From Macrostomum lignano (Eukaryota), in contig NIVC01000190.1 in NCBI GenBank assembly GCA_002269645.1, positions 1 to 64,000 on the forward strand: a stretch of DNA of 64,000 nucleotides, written 5' to 3'. Of this stretch, positions 52,019 to 61,500 are shown piece by piece. How positions within the stretch are numbered: position 1 is the first letter of the stretch; every line of letters begins with the position of its first letter. The translations under genes and the position numbers were made by a program. The notes beneath the pieces were generated by a model. It ran no database searches, was not told the origin of the DNA, and saw only the letters and a program-made list of their open reading frames with translations.

Positions 52019-53418
52019 GCCGCCGCCTCAGCAGCAGCAGTGCGGCAGGCGGATCAAGCTGAGCCAGGAGCTGTCAGATCTGGCAGCTCTGGGCTCCGAG
52101 CGGTTCGCGGATTTGGACGACTGCTGCTTCCATTTTTATAGTGAGTTGAAAAGTTCTGAAAAAAGAATTTTTTTCTCAACTAGATCCTGGGAAAAGTCCT
52201 TTTCACTTCCATGGAAGTCTTGAAAAATCCCAAAAGTCATTAATAAATCTTGGAAAATCCTCAGGAAATTCCATAAATTTCTAAGAAATCTCTAAAACCC
52301 CATGGAAATCCACCCCGGGGAAACCCCACGGTAATCCACCCCGGGGACCCCAAGGAAATCCACCTGGGGAAACCCGAAAAAATCCTCCCCGGGGAAACCC
52401 AAGAAAATCCACTCCGGAAGAACCCCAAGGAAACCCACCCCGGGGAAACCCTAAGAAAATCCACGTAGGAAATCTCAATAAAGTCCGCCTACGAAACCCC
52501 AAGGAAATCCACTTCGGGAAACCCCCAAGGAAATCCACCTCGGGAAACCTCAAGGAAATTCACCTCAGGGAACCCCAAAGAAATCCACTTCGGGAGGCCA
52601 AAAGGAAATCCACCTCAGGGAAACCTCAAGGAAATCCAACCCGGGGGAACCCCAAGAAAATCCAAATTGCAGAGCTCGGAAAATCCAACAAAAATTACTC
52701 CTGTCCTCATTCCCAGAATCCGACTCGGCGCAGGCGGCCTCCCGTCATCAGCCTCATCACCAGCAGCAGCACCAGCTGCTCCATCAGCAGGTTTGGTCAA
52801 TCAGCGAGTCGGCCGCATTCCGTCTGGCCCAGTCGGACATGGACGGCCTGGTGGAGTACAGCCGGCGCTGCCTGGTGCAAGTGCAGCCCAACGCCATCCG
52901 GGTGGACTCCAGCAACTACAACCCTCAGGACATGTGGAGCTGCGGCTGTCAGCTGGTCTGCCTCAACCATCAGACTCCCGGCCTCATGACCGATTTAAAC
53001 CGGGGCCAGTTTTCTAAGAACGGCTCCTGCGGCTTCGTGCTGAAGCCGGGCGCTATGCGCCAGACTTTCGCCTTCCTCGCCCAGCGCGGCGGAGGCGGCT
53101 CGGACTTGGCGCCGCACAGCCTCCATATTCGCGTCATCAGCGGCTCGCAGCTGCCAAAGCCGCGCGGCTCCGTTGCTAAGGGAGACGTCACCGACCCCTG
53201 CGTTGTTGTGGAAGTGTTCGGCCTGCCCGCTGACTGTTCTGAAGAGCGGACGAAAACGGTGCATGGCAACGGCTATAATCCGGTATTCGATGAGTGCTTT
53301 GAGTTCCGGGTGAGTCTGCCTGAGCTGGCCCTGCTGCGGCTCGTTGTGCTGGACGATGACGCAATCGGTGACGACTTTATTGGCCAGTTCACGATTCCGT
53401 TCGACTGCATCCAGACTG
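36710..53418 (+). CDS. PLCL: Phospholipase C-like protein (PLCL/PRIP family): PH, EF-hands, X-Y catalytic boxes, C2; 13 exons, 3' end not in window
   Basis: Phase-consistent model: 36710-36950, 39552-39701, 44711-44926, 45569-45608, 45723-45852, 46330-46442, 48177-48243, 48318-48411, 49128-49245, 49343-49428, 49529-49649, 51608-52140, 52717-53418. PRIP-type features: KKSVSF (KTVSF PP1 site), [21 protein letters not shown]...[29 protein letters not shown]2 [15 protein letters not shown]. Confidence 0.9.
37008..37724. repeat. 47-bp intronic minisatellite
   Basis: actcttctag at 37021 and 37068. Confidence 0.96.
38283..38506. repeat. (TCAC/TCAT)n microsatellite
   Basis: Direct reading. Confidence 0.9.
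38990..39340. repeat. 14-bp repeat (TCACTATCCCTTCA)
   Basis: tcactatccc at 39211 and 39225. Confidence 0.88.
39552..39701 (+). CDS. PLCL: PLCL exon 2 (PH domain)
   Basis: [49 protein letters not shown]. Confidence 0.92.
39765..40180. repeat. C-rich 18-20-bp repeat (CACCCCACTCCGMACAC)
   Basis: Direct reading. Confidence 0.9.
40655..40805. repeat. Short array containing TAGATTAGCAATCCATTCT
   Basis: About 4 units; the core is the reverse complement of the repeat at 63750-63995. Confidence 0.8.
41245..41745. repeat. Degenerate TCTAGAGGGACA repeat
   Basis: Many TCTAGA sites at roughly 12-bp spacing. Confidence 0.8.
42220..43152. repeat. 20-21-bp minisatellite (GGGATCTGGGCTTACAGTATG)
   Basis: Direct reading. 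Confidence 0.96.
43625..44308. repeat. 16-bp minisatellite (CTCGAATMTTCACAAG)
   Basis: tcacaagctc at 43745 and 43761. Confidence 0.95.
44711..44926 (+). CDS. PLCL: PLCL exon 3 (PH domain)
   Basis: [14 protein letters not shown]...[36 protein letters not shown]. Confidence 0.92.
44950..45470. repeat. (TCTG)n compound microsatellite
   Basis: Carries GTGGGT and TTAGTG interruptions. Confidence 0.95.
45569..45608 (+). CDS. PLCL: PLCL exon 4
   Basis: [13 protein letters not shown]; ttttag acceptor, gtgagt donor. Confidence 0.8.
45723..45852 (+). CDS. PLCL: PLCL exon 5 (EF-hand)
   Basis: [43 protein letters not shown]. Confidence 0.9.
45905..46260. repeat. 46-bp intronic minisatellite
   Basis: ataag at 45961 and 46007; contains the GGGAT-TTTT-ATCCC inverted repeat. 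Confidence 0.93.
46330..46442 (+). CDS. PLCL: PLCL exon 6 (EF-hand)
   Basis: [38 protein letters not shown]. Confidence 0.9.
46615..47035. repeat. TCTCATCCTG-based 10/15-bp repeat
   Basis: Direct reading. Confidence 0.88.
47490..48072. repeat. 18-bp minisatellite (CCCAGATCCCTCGGACAC)
   Basis: ggacac at 47881 and 47899. Confidence 0.95.
48177..48243 (+). CDS. PLCL: PLCL exon 7
   Basis: [22 protein letters not shown]. Confidence 0.9.
48318..48411 (+). CDS. PLCL: PLCL exon 8
   Basis: [32 protein letters not shown]. Confidence 0.9.
48560..49065. repeat. AATCCC/AATCTC-based repeat
   Basis: Direct reading. Confidence 0.9.
49128..49245 (+). CDS. PLCL: PLCL exon 9 (X box start)
   Basis: [39 protein letters not shown]. 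Confidence 0.93.
49343..49428 (+). CDS. PLCL: PLCL exon 10 (X box)
   Basis: [29 protein letters not shown]. Confidence 0.92.
49529..49649 (+). CDS. PLCL: PLCL exon 11 (X box)
   Basis: [39 protein letters not shown]. Confidence 0.92.
49662..50600. repeat. About 30-bp G/T-rich minisatellite (GGGATTTCTATTGGGTATGGGRTCGGGTGT)
   Basis: attgggtatg at 49801 and 49831. Confidence 0.93.
51275..51570. repeat. 17-bp repeat (GGGAAATCCCTCAAGAT)
   Basis: Direct reading. Confidence 0.88.
51608..52140 (+). CDS. PLCL: PLCL exon 12 (X box end, X-Y linker, Y box start)
   Basis: [12 protein letters not shown]...[12 protein letters not shown]...[11 protein letters not shown]. Confidence 0.92.
52300..52655. repeat. 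About 24-bp repeat (AAGGAAATCCACCTCGGGAAACCC)
   Basis: Degenerate tandem units. Confidence 0.8.
52717..53418 (+). CDS. PLCL: PLCL exon 13 (Y box and C2 domain)
   Basis: VWSISES...[29 protein letters not shown]...[10 protein letters not shown]...[14 protein letters not shown]...[15 protein letters not shown]. Confidence 0.93.
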
Positions 53419-53514
53419 GTGAGTGGGGCGGGCGAAAGTTAAGCAGAGTCAGTTGCGGTTAGTACGCCTGTTTTATCGTCAAGTACCTGGGTTTGATTAC
53501 TGAGAACTAGACAA

Positions 53515-54265
53515 TAGTCTCAGGTGAGATTCTATACCTGTACATGACAGCCTCTGGTGAGATTCTATCCCTGTAGATGGCAGTCTCAGGTGAAATTTTA
53601 TCTCTGTAGATGATAGTCACAGGTGAGATTCTATCCCTGTAGATGGTAGTCTCAGGCGAGATTAAATCCTGTAGATGACTGTCTCATGTGAGATTTTATC
53701 CCTGTAGATAGCAGTCTCAGGTGAGATTCTATCCCTGTAGATGGCAGTCTCAGGTGAGATTCTATCCCTGTAGATGGTAGTCTCAGGCGAGATTAAATCC
53801 TGTAGATGACAGTCTCATGTGAGATTCTATCCCTGTAGATGACAGTCTCAGGTGAGATTCTATCTCTGTAGATGACAGTGTCATGTGAGATTCAATGCCT
53901 GTAGATGGCAGTCTCAGGTGAGATTCTATCCATGTAAATCACAGTCTCAGGTGAGATTAAATCCTGTAGATGACAGTCCTGTAGATGACAGTCCCAAGTG
54001 AGATTCTATCCCTGTAGATAGCAGTCTCATGTGAGATTCAATACCTGTACATGACAGTCTCATGTGAGATTCAATGCCTGTACATGACAGTCTCATGTGA
54101 GATTCAATGCCTGTACATGACAGTCTCATGTGAGATTCTGTCCCTGTAGATGGCAGTCTCATGTGAGATTCTGTCCCTGTAGATGGCAGTCTCATGTGAG
54201 ATTCTGTCCCTGTAGACGACAGTCCCAAGTGAGATTAAATTTTGTAGATGACAGTCTCAGGTTAG
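53515..54265. repeat. 33-bp minisatellite (GTGAGATTCTATCCCTGTAGATGGCAGTCTCAG)
   Basis: cctgtag at 53701 and 53734. Confidence 0.95.
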
Positions 54266-54519
54266 ATTCTACGAATATATGAATGTTTGGGGCGAGTGCA
54301 ATGCATGCGTAGCAAATCTGTGCTGTGGTTTCAACAGCTGATCAATGCATGCAGCACGAGCGCTGCTTGGGTTGGATTGCTGTCTGCCGCAGTCCGTCAC
54401 TCTCTCTCCCTGCTCAGCTTTCAAGTCACGCGCACGCAAGTGTTGGACACAGCTTGGCAAATTGGAACTGGAATTAATGACCTGGATTGAGCTATGCTTG
54501 CTGTGTTGTATCGTATTGC

Positions 54520-54533
54520 TGTCTGTCTGTCTG

Positions 54534-54620
<87 letters not shown>

Positions 54621-54627
54621 ATCTCTG

Positions 54628-54687
<60 letters not shown>

Positions 54688-54691
54688 GTAG

Positions 54692-54728
<37 letters not shown>

Positions 54729-54811
54729 TAGTGTCTGTCTGTCTGTCTGTCTTAGTGTCTGTCTGTCTGTCTGTCTGTCTGTCTTAGTGTCTGTCTGTCT
54801 GTCTGTCTTAG

Positions 54812-54856
<45 letters not shown>

Positions 54857-54859
54857 TAG

Positions 54860-54896
<37 letters not shown>

Positions 54897-54963
54897 TAGT
54901 GTCTGTCTGTCTGTCTGTCTGTCTGTCTTAGTGTCTGTCTGTCTGTCTGTCTGTCTGTCTTAG

Positions 54964-55000
<37 letters not shown>

Positions 55001-55003
55001 TAG

Positions 55004-55064
<61 letters not shown>

Positions 55065-55131
55065 ATCTCTGTGTCTGTCTGTCTGTCTGTCTGTCTTAGT
55101 GTCTGTCTGTCTTAGTGTCTGTCTGTCTTAG

Positions 55132-55168
<37 letters not shown>

Positions 55169-55203
55169 TAGTGTCTGTCTGTCTGTCTGTCTGTCTGTCT
55201 TAG

Positions 55204-55278
<75 letters not shown>

Positions 55279-55281
55279 CTG

Positions 55282-55341
<60 letters not shown>

Positions 55342-55345
55342 GTAG

Positions 55346-55382
<37 letters not shown>

Positions 55383-55475
55383 TAGTGTCTGTCTGTCTTA
55401 GTGTCTGTCTGTCTGTCTGTCTGTCTGTCTTAGTGTCTGTCTGTCTCTGTCTGTCTGTCTGTCTGTCTGTCTTAG

Positions 55476-55512
<37 letters not shown>

Positions 55513-55515
55513 TAG

Positions 55516-55558
<43 letters not shown>
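54520..55558. repeat. (TCTG)n compound microsatellite, left flank of the TIR element
   Basis: Carries TTAGTG interruptions. Confidence 0.96.
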
Positions 55559-55561
55559 TCT

Positions 55562-58500
55562 ACTGTCTGTGTGTTTACGTGGACTTTTTGGAAGTTCAGT
55601 AGCCTCGTTAGCTGGACCACCCGGTGTAGGTAGACCACTTAGGTGGACCACCAAATAATTTTGTCTCTGGTGGGGTTAAGACGTTGATGAGGATCTCACA
55701 TTAATGTCAGGCGGGTCAAGAAAGGCTTAAGCAATTTTGGGATGTCTAGCATGGTTTTTTCCAAAGTTATTTGCATTTCAGTTTAGCTGGACCTCCAGCC
55801 TGGTCTACCTAAACCGAGCGAGTCTGGTCCACGTAAACCGAAAAATTTTAGAAAATTTTTCGAAAATCGTCTGTTTGTGTCTGTTTGTGTCTGTTTGTGT
55901 CTGTTTGTGTATAGCAGTTATTAAGCATAGATTCAATGCAAAACTGATTTTTTTACAGATCATTACCTTACGAACAAAGGGCTATGTTAGCATCATATTA
56001 TGACCGCTACTGGCTTTAAAACAATATGCGTTCAGTTCTTTGACATTCAAGTAGGTACGCAGGTTAATTTAAAATTCTGAAACCTCGTATGCGAAATGAA
56101 TTTGATTAGCTCAGTTCCAGCAATTTCGGTATCGTACTCTGAATCTGAGAAATCCAATTCGCGAACCAGATCAAACGATAAAGACTCCGAGACAAGAAAG
56201 ATATTTAAGTGAAGCCTAAATAGTATTCTTCAATGACTTCTCAAGAACTCCCAGTGGTCCTTGATAGCCACACTGTGTAAATGCGAATTTCTGAGGCTCT
56301 ACCATTACACAAGAAGAAAATAGCAACTTCATGAATTAAGTGCTTGCCAACAATTCTATACTAAACACTATGGGATATCCTGTTCTATCCTCCTCCAATG
56401 TTGGAAGAAGAAGATCCTAAGCTGCAGCCTTTCAAGTGCAAAGTTGAAGATGCAATTTACCTATTTGAAAAGGACAATTCATACATGTACATGCAAAAGA
56501 TTTGATCAAGAGGACGCAATTAAGAAGGGCCTTTTAGCTAGCGATCGGGTCTCTGACTCTCTAGCAAAAGGTCGACTTGATTGTGGTCCCAGTAAAACTA
56601 AGAACGCATTAACAGTCAGCCTAACACTCACTGTCTGTTTGGTCCACGTAAACACATGTGCAGGAGTATAGGGTTGGAACAGACAGACAGACAGACCTCC
56701 TTTTCTATAATTGGCTGGTTAACACTTAGGAGGATAGATCCACCCCAACAATGGGACCGACCGCAGCCAATAGGAAACCCGCAAGCGTTCTGAAGGTAAG
56801 ACAGTGGAGAGAGGGATATATAATGTCTAAGCGGGTGGTCCACGTAAACCATGGCGTAGTTAGACCAGGCACAGACATTTTAAAAGAAAGTACTTTTAAT
56901 CCATACTATACATCTCTAAAGGATTGCAATTGTATAAATTAGAACGGTTTTTTTATACTTATTAGGTCTAATGTTAATCCTTACTCCAAGTTTCATCCAT
57001 ATATAAATTTATTGTGCCAAAAACTGTAATCTACAACCAAGATATGATGACCCGCAAAAAAGGACGCCAAGCCTAAAATAAAACTAAAAAAACACCGTCG
57101 CAAAAAGCCACTGCGAAATCGAAGAAGCCGCATCGCATCGCCTGGTGAAAATCATCAGTCTGCTCGCAAATCCGTCGACACCGAGTCCAGAAAAGTGAGT
57201 TTCGTTTGATGATCTCAAAGTAGCTAGCTGCAGGGCCTGCAACTCAATTGCTGTAGAGAAGCTGGTCCACCTAACCTACAGACACAACTCGAACAGATTT
57301 CTCTGTCTGTTTAGGGCTCTGGCTCTCAGAGCCGCCGAGAAAGTTTAGTACCGAGAATGCTTCAGTTTGTTAGAATGCAATCAGAACATATTCCTAGAAA
57401 GTGAGCTAGTCCAGCATCAAGGCAGAACATCTGGATGCGTAACGAGAGGCTCTCGGAGATTCCTGGCTCAGATTATCGCCTAGAAGTGCTGTGGAGTAGC
57501 TGGTCCACCTAACCTACAGACACAACTCGAACAGATTTCTCTGTCTGTTTAGGGCTCTGGCTCTCAGAGCCGCCGAGAAAGTTTAGTACCGAGAATGCTT
57601 CAGTTTGTTAGAATGCAATCAGAACATATTCCTAGAAAGTGAGCTAGTCCAGCATCAAGGCAGAACATCTGGATGCGTAACGAGAGGCTCTCGGAGATTC
57701 CTGGCTCAGATTATCGCCTAGAAGTGCTGTGGAGTAGCTGGTCCACCTAACCTACAGACACAACTCGAACAGATTTCTCTGTCTGTTTAGGCCCTGGCTC
57801 TCAGAGCCGCCGAGAAAGTTTAGTGCCGAGAATGCTTCAGTTTGTTAGAATGCAATCAGAACAGATTCCTAGAAAGTGAGCTAGTCCAGCATCAAGGCAG
57901 AACATCTGGATGCGTAACGAGAGGCTCTCGGAGATTCCTGGCTCAGATTATCGCCTAGAAGTGCTGTGGAGTAGCTGGTCCACCTAACCTACAGACACAA
58001 CTCGAACAGATTTCTCTGTCTGTTTAGGCCCTGGCTCTCAGAGCCGCCGAGAAAGTTTAGTGCCGAGAATGCTTCAGTTTGTTAGAATGCAATCAGAACA
58101 TATTCCTAGAAAGTGAGCTAGTCCAGCATCAAGGCAGAACATCTGGATGTGTAACGAGAGGCTCTCGGAGATTCCTGGCTCAGATTATCGCCTAGAAGTG
58201 CTGTGGAGTAGCTGGTCCACCTAACCTACAGACACAACTCGAACAGATTTCTCTGTCTGTTTAGGCCCTGGCTCTCAGAGCCGCCGAGAAAGTTTAGTGC
58301 CGAGAATGCTTCAGTTTGTTAGAATGCAATCAGAACAGATTCCTAGAAAGTGAGCTAGTCCAGCATCAAGGCAGAACATCTGGATGTGTAACGAGAGGCT
58401 CTCGGAGACTCCTGGCTCAGATTATCGCCTAGAAGTGCTGTGGAGTAGCTGGTCAACCTAACCTACAGACACAACTCAAACAGATTTCTCTGTCTGTTTA

Positions 58501-61500
58501 GGCCCTGGCTCTCAGAGCCGCCGAGAAAGTTTAGTGCCGAGAATGCTTCAGTTTGTTAGAATGCAATCAGAACAGATTCCTAGAAAGTGAGCTAGTCCAG
58601 CATAAAGGCAGAACATCTCGATGTGTAACGAGAGGCTCTCGGAGATTCCTGGCTCAGATTATCGCCTAGAAGTGCTGTGGAGTAGCTGGTCCACCTAACC
58701 TACAGACACAACTCGAACAGATTTCTCTGTCTGTTTGAGGCTCTGGCTCTCAGGTGGTCCACATAACCTACAAACACAACTGAAGTAGCTCTCTCAGTCT
58801 GTTTGAGGCTTTGGCTCTCAGAAGGTGGTCCACCTAACCTACAGACACAACTCGAACAGATTTCTCTGTCTGTTTAGGGCTCTGGCTCTCAGAGCCGCCG
58901 AGAAAGTTTAGTGCCGAGAATGCTTCAGTTTGTTAGAATGCAATCAGAACATATTCCTAGAAAGTGAGCTAGTCCAGCATCAAGGCAGAACATCTGGATG
59001 CGTAACGAGAGGCTCTCGGAGATTCCTGGCTCAGATTATCGCCTAGAAGTGCTGTGGAGTAGCTGGTCCACCTAACCTACAGACACAACTCGAACAGATT
59101 TCTCTGTCTGTTTAGGCCCTGGCTCTCAGAGCCGCCGAGAAAGTTTAGTGCCGAGAATGCTTCAGTTTGTTAGAATGCAATCAGAACATATTCCTAGAAA
59201 GTGAGCTAGTCCAGCATCAAGGCAGAACATCTGGATGCGTAACGAGAGGCTCTCGGAGATTCCTGGCTCAGATTATCGCCTAGAAGTGCTGTGGAGTAGC
59301 TGGTCCACCTAACCTACAGACACAACTCGAACAGATTTCTCTGTCTGTTTAGGGCTCTGGCTCTCAGAGCCGCCGAGAAAGTTTAGTACCGAGAATGCTT
59401 CAGTTTGTTAGAATGCAATCAGAACATATTCCTAGAAAGTGAGCTAGTCCAGCATCAAGGCAGAACATCTGGATGCGTAACGAGAGGCTCTCGGAGATTC
59501 CTGGCTCAGATTATCGCCTAGAAGTGCTGTGGAGTAGCTGGTCCACCTAACCTACAGACACAACTCGAACAGATTTCTCTGTCTGTTTAGGTCCTGGCTT
59601 TCAGAGCCGCCGAGAAAGTTTAGTGCCGAGAATGCTTCAGTTTGTTAGAATGCAATCAGAACATATTCCTAGAAAGTGAGCTAGTCCAGCATCAAGGCAG
59701 AACATCTGGATGTGTAACGAGAGGCTTTTGGAGATTCCTGGCTCAGATTATCGCCTAGAAGTGCTGTGGAGTAGCTGGTCCACCTAACCTACAGACACAA
59801 CTCAAACAGATTTCTCTGTCTGTTTGAGGCTCTGGCTCTCAGAGCCGCCGAGAAAGTTTAGTGCCGAGAATGCTTCAGTTTGTTAGAATGCAATCAGAAC
59901 AGATTCCTAGAAAGTGAGCTAGTCCAGCATCAAGGCAGAACATCTGGATGTGTAACGAGAGGCTTTTGGAGATTCCTGGCTCAGATTATCGCCTAGAAGT
60001 GCTGTGGAGTAGCTGGTCCACCTAACCTACAGACACAACTCGAACAGATTTCTCTGTCTGTTTGAGGCTCTGGCTCTCAGGTGGTCCACATAACCTACAA
60101 ACACAACTGAAGTAGCTCTCTCAGTCTGTTTGAGGCTTTGGCTCTCAGAAGGTGGTCCACCTAACCTACAGACACAACTCGAACAGATTTCTCTGTCTGT
60201 TTAGGGCTCTGGCTCTCAGAGCCGCCGAGAAAGTTTAGTGCCGAGAATGCTTCAGTTTGTTAGAATGCAATCAGAACAGATTCCTAGAAAGTGAGCTAGT
60301 CCAGCATCAAGGCAGAACATCTGGATGTGTAACGAGAGGCTCTCGGAGATTCCTGGCTCAGATTATCGCCTAGAAGTGCTGTGGAGTAGCTGGTCCACCT
60401 AACCTACAGACACAACTCGAACAGATTTCTCTGTCTGTTTAGGCCCTGGCTCTCAGAGCCGCCGAGAAAGTTTAGTGCCGAGAATGCTTCAGTTTGTTAG
60501 AATGCAATCAGAACAGATTCCTAGAAAGTGAGCTAGTCCAGCATCAAGGCAGAACATCTGGATGTGTAACGAGAGGCTTTTGGAGATTCCTGGCTCAGAT
60601 TATCGCCTAGAAGTGCTGTGGAGTAGCTGGTCCACCTAACCTACAGACACAACTCGAACAGATTTCTCTGTCTGTTTAGGCCCTGGCTCTCAGAGCCGCC
60701 GAGAAAGTTTAGTGCCGAGAATGCTTCAGTTTGTTAGAATGCAATCAGAACATATTCCTAGAAAGTGAGCTAGTCCAGCATCAAGGCAGAACATCTGGAT
60801 GTGTAACGAGAGGCTCTCGGAGATTCCTGGCTCAGATTATCGCCTAGAAGTGCTGTGGAGTAGCTGGTCCACCTAACCTACAGACACAACTCGAACAGAT
60901 TTCTCTGTCTGTTTAGGCTCTGGCTCTCAGAGCCGCCGAGAAAGTTTAGTGCCGAGAATGCTTCAGTTTGTTAGAATGCAATCAGAACAGATTCCTAGAA
61001 AGTGAGCTAGTCCAGCATCAAGGCAGAACATCTGGATGTGTAACGAGAGGCTTTTGGAGATTCCTGGCTCAGATTATCGCCTAGAAGTGCTGTGGAGTAG
61101 CTGGTCCACCTAACCTACAGACACAACTCGAACAGATTTCTCTGTCTGTTTGAGGCTCTGGCTCTCAGGTGGTCCACATAACCTACAAACACAACTGAAG
61201 TAGCTCTCTCAGTCTGTTTGAGGCTTTGGCTCTCAGAAGGTGGTCCACCTAACCTACAGACACAACTCGAACAGATTTCTCTGTCTGTTTAGGGCTCTGG
61301 CTCTCAGAGCCGCCGAGAAAGTTTAGTGCCGAGAATGCTTCAGTTTGTTAGAATGCAATCAGAACAGATTCCTAGAAAGTGAGCTAGTCCAGCATCAAGG
61401 CAGAACATCTGGATGTGTAACGAAAGTCTCTTGGAGACTCCTGGCTCAGATTGTCGCCTAGAAGTGCTGTGGAGTAGCTGGTCCACCTAACCTACAGACA

